DNA of 64,000 nucleotides, taken from contig CM102283.1 in assembly GCA_046563655.1 (NCBI GenBank), forward strand, positions 1,116,001-1,180,000, given 5' to 3'. Positions within the stretch are counted from its first letter, which is position 1. Each line of letters begins with the position of its first letter. The translations under genes were made by a program, and so were the position numbers. Of the stretch, positions 12,423 to 25,436 are shown piece by piece. The notes beneath the pieces are model-generated. The model had not been told where the DNA came from. It made no database searches and saw only the letters and a list, made by a program, of their open reading frames with translations. This DNA is from Yuukianura sp. NJ FZ-2021 (Eukaryota).

Positions 12423-15400
12423 CTTTATTTTTTCTGGCTTGTCCTTTGTTTCCCTTTATCCCTCTCCCAACTCCTTACAGACAGACAAACCAGGCCAGCA
12501 CGTAAAGTAGCTTTCGCTACTTAAAAACTTCAAACATTTCTAGCTCAAATAAACATTTAAATCAACAGAACCAAAATCACGTAGAAACACTCCTCAAGTC
12601 GCTCCACGAAAATCAACTTCCAATTTCTAATGGTCCGGCCACTACTCAAGCACCAAATTTAGACAACTTTGGGTACTTGAAAAACTCTGTTGCGGTAGTG
12701 GGTATGAGCTGCCGATTTCCTGGTGCTAACAACGCAGATGAATTTTGGGATTTACTTGTCAGCGGGAGAGATCCAATTCGAAAGTATCCGTCCGATCGTC
12801 CTCGGCCACCCAATCACACTCTGGAGAACGAAAAGACATTTGAGGCAGGATTTTTAAAATGTCCAGTTGATGAGTTTGATGCCAAATTTTTTGGAATTAG
12901 TCCCCGAGAAGCTCCGTTTGTGGACCCACAACAACGTCTTTTGCTGGAAGTGATTTGGGAAAGTCTGGAAAATGCGAACATCAATCCACTGGGCTTGCGT
13001 AAAAGCAACACTGGAGTTTTTGTTGGAGTTTGGCAACAAGAGTATGATCGACACTTTCCAGATACAACATTGAATGCTGACGAGTATCATCATCGCTACT
13101 TGGGAAATGCGTTCAGTGCTACTGCTTCTCGAATTTCCCATTTTCTCGGACTCTATGGACCAAACTATGCCATCGAGTACAAAATTATTTTCAAAAATTC
13201 AGAAAATTTGAAACTTTAAGGAACAGATTTTTTTTGTAGAAGCGGTTGTTCAAGTAGTTCCAGTGCCGTTCATCTTGCTTGTCAGAGTCTGCGCAGAGGT
13301 GAAAGTACAGTTGCAATCGCCAGTGGCGTAAACCTTGTACTCCATTTTGTGAATCCTCTTGCTGGCGACGACTCGGATGCTTTTGTGCTTTCTGGTGATT
13401 TTAGGTGCAAGACGTTTGATGAGAGGTAACAAATCCAAACATAAATAGACATAAGTTTGGGTAGTTTTCACTAAAACTGGTGTACTAGAATGTTGATGAA
13501 TAAGTAGCGGAAGATGAACCGTAGTCCACCGTGCTGTAACGTAGTGCAATCTGCACAAACACAGCGCTGCATAGCCGTCAAGAAATAATGGTTTTCAGTA
13601 TTAAAGAGATGGTTACGAAATAATTGTGGCTGACTTTCTAGACAGACGGACAAACAGACAGAACGGCTCAACAAATAAGTAGCTTTTGCTACTTTATAAA
13701 GAACATTTCGCTACATTTTAAAGAATTCATTTCACTAAAGTGGAAATGTTTGTATTTTTTTTTTAGAGCTAATGGGTTTGTACGTGCAGAGGGTTGTGGC
13801 GCCGTCGTGCTGAAACCGTTTATGAATGCCGTACGTGATGGTGACAATATCATTGGTTTAATCCGGGGAACAGCGTTGAATAATGATGGCCCAGCTACAA
13901 GTTTCGGAACTCCAAATGCGAAAGCGCAAGAACGAGTTTTCCGAGACGCTTTGAACGATGCAGGAGTGGCACCTAACGAAGTTAGCGTCGTTGAAGCTCA
14001 CGGAACAGGAACAATTGTTGGAGGTTAAATTGAACTTTTCTCTTTCTAGTCTGAATTGTAAAAAAATGGTCAATTTAAAAAAAAATTTCAGACCCAACCG
14101 AAATGTATGCCATCGGCCAAGTTTACTCAGACGGACGCAGTGAGCCACTCTTGGTTAGCTCAGTGAAGACGAATATTGGACATACAGAAGCATGCGCAGG
14201 AATGGCTGGACTAATCAAAATTCTGCTGTGTCTTAAGCACAAACAAGTCCCACCACATCTTCATCTTCAGAATCTCAATCCCAGGATTAACTTGGAAAAC
14301 ATTCCTGCAGTAATTCCAGTGAAGGTTACTGATTGGATTGCGGAAAAAAGAATTGCAGCAGTGAGCTCATTCAGCATGAGCGGCACCAATGTGCATCTCA
14401 TTGTTCAGGAAACTCCAAACGGCATAACTTCTTACGTCAAACCCAGCGTAAAGCCGTTGGAAATTATTGGAATTTGTGCCAAATCGGAAGAAGCTCTGGA
14501 AGCACTTTGTCAAAAGCACATTGCTCACTTGGAAGCAAATCCGAACCTTAATATCAGCGACATCGCTTGTACTCTGAACACCAGCAGAGCAACAATGCCT
14601 CATCGTATTGCTCTTGTTGCCAAGGATACAGCACAACTCGTTGCGAAACTACAGAGCAGGTCGTACGTAAATGGAAAAGCTGCGACACAAAAACCAAAAG
14701 TAGTTTTTCTATTTACGGGTCAAGGGTCACAATACTTTGGCATGAGCAAAAGTTTATATGAGACTTCATCTGTATTCAGAAGTGCTTTGAACCAATGCGA
14801 CACAGTTTTCAAGGCACACTTAAACTGTTCTCTTAAGCAAGTCCTTTGGGAAAATGATGCTATGTTGCAGGAAACAATTTATTGTCAACCGGCAATATTT
14901 TCAGTAGAGTTCTCCCTTGTACAGCTTTGGAATTCGTTTGGAATTTATCCTGACTTTGTTCTTGGACACAGCGTTGGTGAGTTCTGCGCCGCAGTGTGCG
15001 CAGGTCTGCTGTCATTGGAGGACGCAATGGCACTAGTTATTGGCAGAAGCAGACTTGTGGATTCACTTGAAGGTGGTAAGATGATGGTAGTCAAAACGTC
15101 TCCAGCCGAAACATATGGCTTGATCCAAGCATTTGCTGCCCAATCGAGTAATCGTTGGATAGATGTCGCTGCTGAAAATGCAATGGAGGAAGTTGTAGTT
15201 TCAGGTACAATAGAAAACGTTGAACAATTTGCTACGTTTTGTACATCACGTGGATTCAAAACCCAAGTCATCAGCGCTTCTCATGCTTTTCATTCTCGTG
15301 AAATGGATCCCGTTTTGAATGAATTTGGGCAAACAGCTTCTCAAATCTCTCACAAAACTCTCAATTTTCGATACATTTCTGGAACTTTGGCACGAGAATT

Positions 15401-17480
15401 GAATGTAATCGATTTTGATTGTTCTTATTGGGTAAGACATCTTCGAGACACCGTGAGGTTCTATGACGCTGTGATGCACTTTAATCGATTGATTGAAGAA
15501 CCAAAAGTATTTGTTGAAATCGGAAGTCAACCGACTCTATTGAGCTTGACGATGGCCAATCTACCTAACACTTCAACTGCAACATTTTGCCCTTCACTGC
15601 GCAAAAGTGAAGATGACCTGATGTGTATTTTGAGCTCTTTGTCCAAAATGTTTGTGGCTGGCGTAGATATATCTTGGGATAAATGGTATTCAGGAGCCAC
15701 AAAAATTTCGTTACCGACTTATCCGTTTCAGCGCCAAAAATTTTGGATTCGAAATGAAGACGATGGAATTCCACTTTCTCCACTGCTGCACCCCCTACTT
15801 GGACGACACGTACCATCTCCCGTGTCTGATCAGGTTTATGCGCAAGTACTGTCACCAAAAGAGTTAAAGTACGCAAGTGATCATCGCGTAGCAGAAAAAA
15901 TTATTCTGCCTGCCGCGGCTTACCTTGAAACAATCATGGCCGCCGGTTGTCAAGTTTTGCAGGGTGGAAAAGTCCATGTTCCATTCACAGTTGAAAATCT
16001 GCAAGTCGAAGCTCCGTTGGAACTCTCTAAATCCTGCCAAGTTCAAACCATTGTGCGCAGCCTCGGCGAACAAGATGATTTTAAGTTTGAAATTGGGATC
16101 CACAAACAACTTTCCCGCGAAAATTTAGACAAATGGAAAAGATACGCTGTTGCCGTATTTGGGCCCAGCCTTGATGTTGCCACTCATTCTAATATGGAAA
16201 TTTATGCAATTCAAGAACGGATGACTCCAACAGAATCAGTTGCAGAAGCATATGAAGGAATTGCAAAAGCTGGAATCCAGTTTGGACCAAAATTTCAGTC
16301 CATTGTTCATGCATGGAAGGGTGACACGGAACTACTCACTGAGATCCAAATCCCAAACGATTCGCACTCATACATTTGCCATCCAATTGTTTTGGATGCC
16401 ATGATTCAAACATTTGCACTTCGTACGGCATTGCTTTCTACTGAAAAACCAGAACTCCAACTTCAACTTCCAGTGAGCATCAAAAAGTTTACTTGGTTTT
16501 CACGTGAACCTTCACAAAAAGTCTATGCCTATAGTACCTGGAACACCGATGCGCAAAGTCAGGGAACCGTTTGTCTTCTGTCTGAAGCTGGGGAGACTTT
16601 AGGTGTCATGGAGGGTCTCGAGTTGGTCGTTACCACGGTAGCCAACTTTCTCCGCGTGCTAAACACTGAATCCAACTTGTTACCTGGATTCATGGAAGAA
16701 GTCTGGCGTCCAACTAGCGGAATTACACGAAACAGAATTGATCCAATGAAATTTCAGCTCCGACAATCAAAACATACTGCAGCAACAATGGCATTCATTA
16801 ACTCAGAAGTAGAACCTTACTATGAACATACTATGGAAGTTTTCAACAATGTACTTGTTTGTTGTCTACTTCGCGCAATCATTGAATGTCAATGGCCTTG
16901 GCCAAGTGTAGGCGCAACAATTCAAACTGATGACTGGGCTGCCGTGTCTCCGCCAGGCCTCCGTATTGCTAAAACTCCAAAACTGATGGAAATTCTAGAA
17001 ATTCATAATTTCATGAAAAAAGTTGACAACAACACGTTTAAAATTCTTAAAGAAATACCTTCCTTGAAAGAACTGGAAGATAAAATTGAGCTTGCATTCA
17101 AATCGGATGCCAAATTGATGACAAACATTGAATTTCAGTTTGCCAAAAGAACTGAGACGAATTTTACTGCGGTTCTCTCGGGATCCATTTCCCCAGTTCA
17201 GTACATGTTTTCAGAAGATATCACTGACGTCACAGGAGCTACAGTCCATGCTGAAAGTTAGCACTAAAACATGATATGATTCAGTATTATTGATAATATT
17301 GTAGTTGATTTATTTGAACTATTTTATTTTATGTTGAAATAGCCTTTGGTGCTCGTGAGACCGCCGAACTAGCAGCTAGCCAATTGGTTGATTTTGTCAG
17401 TTCCAGCGATAGAAGTTCCGACGTGCTGAGGATTCTGGAAGTTGGTGGTGGTTCTGGAGCAACGTGCGGATTTGTGATCG

Positions 17481-18422
17481 CGTAGCAGGTGAAATGGTCA
17501 AAACAATTTGGCCAAAAGTGAAATGATCAGAGGTGAAAAGGCCAGAAGTGAAATGGCCAAAGAGTGAAAATATCAGAATTGAAATGGCCAAAAAGTGAAA
17601 AGGCCAAAATCTAAAAACGCCAAAAAGAAATTGGCCAAAAAGTGAAATGACCAAAAAGTGAAAACGCCAAAAAGTGAAAAGGCCAAAATATGAAAAGGCC
17701 AAAAAGTGAAAAAACCAGAATTAGGAAAAAATTACTTTCAGTGGGTAACTCGCATTTTCTTTATTTTTTATTTTTATTTGCGAATATGACCCCCCTGACC
17801 ATGAAAAAAAATTTTTTGGCCCGCTTTCAAAAATTTCGAATTTTCGGGAAATTATGAAAAATGCAATTTCGCTATAAGGGCACACGTTAATTTTTTCTCA
17901 AAATAGGTCTTAGCTTATATTTTGTTAGGTTAGGTTATGTTTTTAAATGCTTAAGCAATTTTGATATAGCATTTAGGTTAGGTTTGGTTAACTTTCAAAA
18001 AATGGGATTTTTTTGTTTAGAAAAAGTTAACATGGAGTATTTTCCCATTTTTTACATCTTCTAAAAATTCGAAATATTTCAAGCAGATCGCAAAAAAATA
18101 TATTTTAGTGGCAGGGGGTCATATTTGTATTAAAAAAAATGTAGAAAACCGAGTTACCCACTGAAAGTATTTTTTTTCCTAATTCTGGTCTTTTCACTTT
18201 TTGGCCTTTTCATATTTTGGCCTTTTCACTTTTTGGCGTTTTCACTTTTTGGTCATTTCACTTTTTGGCCATTTTCTTTTTGGCGTTTTTAGATTTTGGC
18301 CTTTTCACTTTTTGGCCATTTCAATTCTGATATTTTCACTTTTTGGCCATTTCACTTCTGGCCTTTTCACCTCTGATCATTTCACTTTTGGCCAAATTGT
18401 TTTGACCATTTCACATGGAATC
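17481..18422. mobile_element. Non-autonomous foldback/TIR DNA transposon with 8-bp TSD, inserted in the PKS copy 1 MT exon
   Basis: TSD tgtgatcg at 17473-17480 and 18423-18430. Long inverted arms (near-perfect for ~270 bp, then imperfect) built of ggccaaaaagtgaaa subrepeats. Absent from copies 2 and 3. Confidence 0.92.
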
Positions 18423-21233
18423 TGTGATCGATCGATTGCAACAAGAAAACATTCCATTTCAGTACACATTTACCGACATTTCACCACTCTTTCTGCATGA
18501 GGCTAGCAAAAAGTTCACTAAAGGAGTGTCTTTCGCCGTGTTCAACATTGAAAACGATCCGATTGGTCAAGGGTTTTCTCCAGAAGAGTTTGACGTCATC
18601 ATTGCAACCAACGTGATTCATGCAACGGCAGACATTAGACAAACCCTGCGAAATTTGAATCTCGTACTCCGTAACAACGGACTTCTTATCATCGCCGAAA
18701 CATTTAAAGAACCAGAATCTCTGGTGCTCACATTTGGACTTTTGGACGGATGGTGGCGTTTTACCGACGACCGGAAAAGTTCTCCACTGTGTGCTGCAGA
18801 CCGTTGGAAACTCGGGTTTGAGCAAGAAGGATTTGACGAAATTGAAACAAAAGAAATATTTGGACCATATTGCGGAACTGTAGCTGGACGTAAAGTAAAA
18901 AATGGAAAACAAGAAGAGTCGGATTCAAACTCGTGGCTTTTTGTATCAGATGAATCCGAACTAGAAAACATTTTGAAAGAAAAAATGAAACTAGCTGGAC
19001 GGAAATGTTTGGAATTTTCGGAAGATGTTCCTCAAGGCCTTGAAGGAATCATGTTTCTTTGGACTTCTCCGACAGTTTACGAAGAAAATCAATTCAAGTG
19101 TCAACAATTGCTTCATTTTTGTCAAAAATTTGTATCGGCATATCAAGATTCCAAAATTAAACCTAAATTTATTTTGGTGACACGCGGTGTTTACTACTTG
19201 GGAGATGCGGGACCCGGAAATCCAAATTCATCAACAAGTACATCTTTTGTACGAACGTGGGCACATGAACACCCAGACTTCAATATAGCTTCGGTTGATC
19301 TTGACCAAGATGAACAGAATCCAGAACGAGAAGCAACCGAATTATTTGCAACGATTTGTTCCAAAGAAAAAGAAATGTTCAAAGCCATACGAGAAGACAA
19401 AGTTTTTATGCAACGACTTGTTGCTTTGAATAACAAAAACTTGGCAATTCCTTTGCCAAACTCAAATAGATTCAAAATCGTCAACCCACCGACCAAAAGT
19501 TTAAACGATTTGCAAATATCGGTTGCCCCAAAACTTGAACCAGTTCAGGACGAAGTTGAAGTTGCAATTCGTGCAACGGCACTTAACTTTCGTGATCTTT
19601 TTGTTATCTTACGTCCGGAGGGATTTGATCTTCCAGAAAATTTGAACACGGAACCAGGTCTGGACATATCTGGAATTGTATCAGCGGTTGGACCAAAATG
19701 TTCAAAATTCCAAATCGGAGATGAAGTATTTGGATACGTTTCAGGCGGAGGGTTGGCATCGCATGTTATAACGTCTTCGCAAATGCTAATTCGGAAGCCA
19801 CTGGAAATGACTTTCGCATCCGCAGCAACAATTCCTGTAGCATTTCTAACGGTTTACTATTCCTTCCACAAGTGCGCAAAACTTTCTTCTGGAGACAGAG
19901 TTTTGATTCATGTAGCCACAGGCGGCGTGGGTCTCGCTGCAATTCAAATGGCAAATATCATTGGCGCTGAAATTTTTGCCACGGCTGGAAGTAGGAGAAA
20001 GAGAGCGTACCTAAGATCAATTGGAATCAAACATGTCTACCATTCCAGGAATACGGATTTTGGTGATGAAATTTTGAGAGACACCGATGGAACAGGAGTA
20101 AACGTTGTACTAAATTCCTTGACTGGACCAAATTTTAAAGAAGCTTCACTCAAAGCTTGTGCTCAAGGCGGCAGATTTGTGGAAATTGGGAAAATTAATA
20201 TTTTCACGAAAGATGAAGTGAACAGTATGCGCCCTGATGTCAAATATTTTATAGTAGCACTTGATAAAAGTACTATGGAAGAACGAGAAGAATCGTATCG
20301 ACTCTCTGCTGCGGTGGAACAGGAATTTGAAAAAGGAATTTACAAAGGACTTCCGCATGACACGTTTTCTCTGGACATGATTCGAGAAGCTTTTTTCTAC
20401 TTTCAAGAAGCGAAACATATTGGGAAAATTGTTGTCACAATTCCAGAACCGAAGGCTTCCTCTGACGGAAAAATTTATTTCCAAAACAATCTTTTCAATT
20501 CACAAAGTACTTATCTCATCACTGGAGGTTTGGGTGGCATCGGAATTGAAGTTGCCAAATGGATGACTAAACTGGGAGCACAAAACATTGTCCTCGTTGG
20601 ACGAAATCCACCAACCAATAGCTGTCAAGAAGTTTTGAATCAGTTGAATGCTGGTGGTTGTCGCGTATTAGCTGTACAAGCTGACATTAGTGCGTACGCG
20701 GAATGCGAAACATTGCTGCAATCAATTGTAGATTTGAATTTTCCACCACTTCGTGGCATTATGCATGCAGCAGGAGTCTTGTCAGATGGAATTGTTGTGA
20801 ACCAATCGTGGGATAGATTCGAAGCAGTTTTTGCACCCAAAGTCAGAGGAACATGGAACTTACATAAATTGACTACTGGATACGACCTTGAATTTTTCAC
20901 AATGTTTTCAAGCATGGTGGCAATTCTTGGACTTCCTGGACAAAGCAATCATGCAGCAGCAAATAGATTTTTGGACTCGTTTACACACTACAGAAATTCA
21001 ATTGGTCTTCCTGCAAACAGCATAAATTTTGGTCCTTGGTCAGACGTGAGTCAAATTAATTTTTATGTAACTAACCGTGCAGTTTTTTACTCCTAACTGC
21101 AACAGGTTCTCTGTCTCTCTTTAAAACCATTTGCTGCGAATTGGTACATTGCTCCGAAAGTCAGATTGTTCCGAAATAATATTGTTTACTAACCTAACCA
21201 ACCCAAAGCTTGTGACTTAAAGCGCAACCTAAC

Positions 21234-21746
21234 CAGGGTTTAAAAAAACATGTTCAAAAATAAAAAAAACAAAACACCGTGTTTTTTTTGTTTAAAACAT
21301 GTTTTCTTTGTTTAAAACGTTTTTTTTAATTTTGTGCTTTCACGATTGAGAATTACACGGACAAATCCAATTAAGTCGCAAAGTGCCAGTTTTATGACAC
21401 AGAATATGACTTTAAGAATGTTGCCCGACTTTACTAACTTTCTAGATGCATCGATAATGAAAATAATTCAATGTCGGAATAACGACCTAAGAACGTTAAG
21501 AAGCAGACTCGTGTCTTTTCAACACAATTTTTACCATTTTTGGTTGACACTCCAGTTGGTTAATATAAAAGCCATGCAAAATCACCACACATGCATTTTC
21601 TGTAGCTTAATTGACTTTTTTCCTGAATTTTTGGAGCATTTTCTCATTTTGTTTTAAATCAAACATTTCGCCTTGTTTTAAACAAGTGTTTTAAACATGT
21701 TTTTAACACCAATTAAAAACATTTGATTTAAAACAACTTTACCCTG
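21234..21746. mobile_element. hAT-like MITE in the last intron of PKS copy 1
   Basis: Ends CAGGGT...ACCCTG, with 8-bp direct repeat aacctaac on both sides. Absent from the equivalent introns of copies 2 and 3. Confidence 0.7.
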
Positions 21747-24164
21747 AACCTAACCTTACAATTTATAACCTTAGTACCTCGGCAATGCTATAAGCACATT
21801 ATTGTAGTTTATTCAGCTTTGGAGCTACATGTTTGTCGGAGAAATTTACCTTTCGGAGCAATTGTTTTTGTGGCAATTCATTCGGACCAATTTGGTTCTT
21901 CCACTGTAAATCTGCTTAAATCTTCTTCCTAACCTTCTTAAATTTTCTTTTTTTAACAAAATTTAAGAATAGGAAGAGAAAGTTGATTTTGATTTTGTAG
22001 ATTGGAGTTGCAGCAAATCTTAAAGCAGCGGAGAGTGGTATACTTGGCATACGCTATTTTACTCCATCACAAGGGCTCAATTCAATTGAAAGAATTCTTC
22101 GAACACAACGTCGTAACGTAATGGTGGCGGAGATCTGTGATTCTAAAAGTCTTAGACAACTTTGCCGTTTGGGAAACTATTTCGAGGAAATGAAAATGGA
22201 TGTCACTCAAAGCGAAATTGGATTGGAGGCATACAAAGCCATTATTGACGACATTAAAAATTCAAGTCCAGAAGCACGCCAAGAAAAAATTGAAAACTTT
22301 TTGGAAAAAGCCATCAAGGAAACATTGCGAATTCCTGAAAATGAGCAGTTGGATCGAGACCAAAATTTTTCCGAAATCGGAGTCGACTCACTCATGGCAA
22401 TGGAACTGCGCAATCGCCTTCAAGGAATGTTGGGAGACAAGCAGTTGACTCTAAGTGCTCTGCAGGAAAACAGAACCATAAGAACCTTATCGGCCCACAT
22501 GGCACATCTTATGAACTCCGATGAATCGGTGGTATCCGTTGCAGAATTGGTGGCTAAAGATGTGATTTTGGATCCTGAGATCCGACCCACGTCAAAACCA
22601 GCTTCAAAACCAAGTGAATTTAAAAACATTTTGTTAACTGGAGCTACAGGTCACTTGGGAGTCAATCTCATCCCAATGTTGCAAAATGAAAATCCAAATT
22701 TAGTGATTCATTGCATTGTGCGGGGCAAGAATTCAGAGGAAGTGGAAGGCCGCTTGAAGGAAACTCTTCAATTGTATTCTTTGCTTGAAAAAGTGAATTT
22801 TGAAAAAATTCGAGTTTTTGTTGGAGATTTATCCAAACCAAGTTTCAGTTTACCACTGGAGGAGTATGAAGCATTGGCAGAGAAAATCGACGCCGTCCTG
22901 CACTGTGCTGTTAAATCAAACTCATTCGGTGAAGGGAGTTCGCGCAGTAACAATGTCGGACCTACCGTCAACGTATTACATTTTGCTTGTACCGGAAATA
23001 CAAAACCTGTACTCTATGCATCATCCTTGCTAGCGGCGACTACTGTAGCCGAGAATGGCTCTTTGGCAGAAGATTTTCCAACTGTGGACGACGTTGGGAC
23101 TTCCATTAAAAATAGCTACATGCTTTCAAAATTCGTCTCCGAAGTTCTAATGTCGCAAGCAAGTGAACGTGGAATCCCAGTAACAGTCATACGCTACGCA
23201 AGTATTTTTGGAAATAGTTTAACAGGATTTGTTCCAACGGAGAAAAATCATGTGTGGGGAATACTCTCTTCTTGCATTCGAGTGAGGAAGTTTCCTAGCA
23301 TTGGTCAAAATGGAATTCCTATTATGGCGGTTGACACTGCGGCGCAAGTCACTGCGCAGATCTTCTTGCGAGATTCAATGGAGACAGGAGTATACAACTT
23401 GACAAGTTCATCAGCAATATCCGAAGAGGGCATTGCATCTGTATTTTCAAAATATGGAATCGACGGGGAATTTGTACCACTTTCGGAATGGCGGGATTTA
23501 GTTTTTGCAGAACTTGATAAAAATGAGCTTGGTCCATTTGTTAGCCTTTATGGAGACGATGAGCAGACGCAGACGCTAAGCTACCTTGGAATTCATCCTC
23601 TGGCAAACCAAATCTCTGCTCTAAAGTTTAATTCTGTAAATGACAAAGTACGACGAAACTGTCCAGATTTTGAGAAAAGTATTGTTCCAATTGACAAACT
23701 TTTAGGAAAACATCTTGAGTACTATTATGACCTGTCACGAAAGAAATAACGCGAATTCCCAATGCTTCATTTGAAAAATTTTTGCGTTCCTAGATTTAAG
23801 TTTCGGTTTCTGAGGTGTGGAACTTTACATGGATAATTTTTCTCTCGAATATCAATATTAGCCATGCTTGAGTTTTTTCTAGCCTGATCCTAAACTTCAA
23901 CCTCGTATTGTCGAATTTCATTAAAACTTATTTCCTCTTCATGCTCGATCAAACTAGGAAAATAAAAATGATACAAATAAAATTTTAATTCTTATACAGT
24001 TAATCAAATGCATTGTTAATTGCCTCAAGTGTTTTCGACCTTAAAATACAAGTCGTACATGGCTTCGCTAATCTTTTCAAGTTGCTTTGATTTCAACGAC
24101 AGATCTCAACGAAAGTGTTTTATTTTTGTTTAAAATGATTCTTTACCATTTGCCGTTCATATAT

Positions 24165-24410
24165 CTTACACTTCCGTAGTTATCGTTGAACCGTGCAACT
24201 GCTTTTACCATCCTTTTCATCTACCCGGACATGGTGGAATGGTTGGGGTCGGCAGTATGTTTTTTTTGTGTTTGGCGGCTCGGGAGTCCGTGCGACGAGA
24301 CGATTTGCATTTATTTTTTAGTTCCAAAGACAAAACAAAAGACTCTGGCGGAAATACAGGAAATTTACAGTAAACGAATTCCAGATTCGCCGCTGCATCA
24401 ATGTGTTTAG
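24165..24410 (+). pseudogene. Degenerate duplicate of the sugar transporter's last exon
   Basis: TAFTILFIYPDMVEWLGSAVC...VPKTKQKTLAEIQEIYSK matches 7762-8006. It has indels and no upstream exons. Confidence 0.85.
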
Positions 24411-25436
24411 ACTTAAGTAATCTAGTGAACCTTGACCTTTGACCTCAGCTTGAAGCAATAAGTTCAAACTTCCATTTTTGTTTATTTACTAACCTTCCAT
24501 TTCAGGTTTAATATTTTTTCTAATGAAAGACTTACTGAAATTATAAAAGTTGTAAAACCTTCAGAACTGAACTTTTATTGGAAATACTTACGAATAAAAA
24601 GAATTTGACTATACATTATTCGCAACTGAAATTTTATTAACTGTATTTTCATAGCACTGCTAAAACAAACAAATACACATAAGCTAAATAAGCATTCACA
24701 TCTTAAGTTTACATTACTTTAGTGTTAAGAACGTTAAGTGTCAAGTGTCAGTGTTAAGAAAGAAAGATGATAGAAAGTACCTGCAAGTCAGTCTTTGGCA
24801 TTCTGCTCTTTCTGTTTTCTGTGATGCTAAACGAACTTCAGTTCCGTTTTCACAAGCGTACACCGAGGTAGAGCCAAGTGAACGTTATTTTTGTAAAACT
24901 ATAAAATAAAGTTATTTACACTTTTTTTTCCTAAAAAAATTACTAGGTTGCTTCAGAAGGTGAACAATAACAATGATAGACAAGATCTAATCTTATTCTA
25001 CATATAATTTCCAAGGTTTATATTTGAGAATGTGGATGTTCATAAATTGAGAAAACACTCATAAAAAAAATATGTCGCAATAAGTCATAAGGGTCCTAAA
25101 TCGTAAGAGTATGATAAACGAAACAAACAAAACATATTCTCGTGTTGAATGTGGAATTTGCGTCTGTCTAAATTTTGTATTATGTGTATGTATGTTTATT
25201 TAACTTATCTATTGCAATTAAAACGTAGAACGATACGGTTCAGTAACGAAACGAAACAAATCGCATGTATTGCAAAATCGTCTAATGCAAGGTTAATTTT
25301 TGTGTATTTCCTGAGAACCATTTTAAACTCTTTGGCGCTTAACATTGGGAAATTTTGTCATAAAATTTTAAACGATGTTCCGGCCTTCAAGTTTCCCTCT
25401 CAATTTTGACGTATTTGTAAAAAATATTTGCGATTA

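Larger units (their letters stand above)
10507..23749 (+). pseudogene. GT8(glycogenin-like)-KS-AT-DH-cMT-ER-KR-ACP-R polyketide synthase, copy 1, interrupted by a transposon in the MT exon. Exons 10507-10513, 10870-11008, 11307-11442, 11552-11702, 11813-11924, 12034-12163, 12569-13176, 13240-13425, 13767-14023, 14092-17256, 17343-17480+18431-21045, 22001-23749
   Basis: With the insertion and one TSD copy removed, the exons sum to 9393 nt (3130 aa plus stop). Motifs: KS ESGCSSS, EAHGTGT, NIGHTE; AT GHSVG, HAFH; DH HPLLG, HRVAEKIILP, HPIVLD; MT LEVGGGSG, NVIHAT; ER LIHVATGGVG; KR TGGLGGIG; ACP GVDSL; R TGATGHLG, YMLSK. Confidence 0.85.

Noticed and set aside
17397-18500. Phe-rich ORFs 17397-17702(-) and 18201-18500(+) with near-identical translations
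   Set aside because: They are readings of the two inverted arms of the foldback element, not genes.
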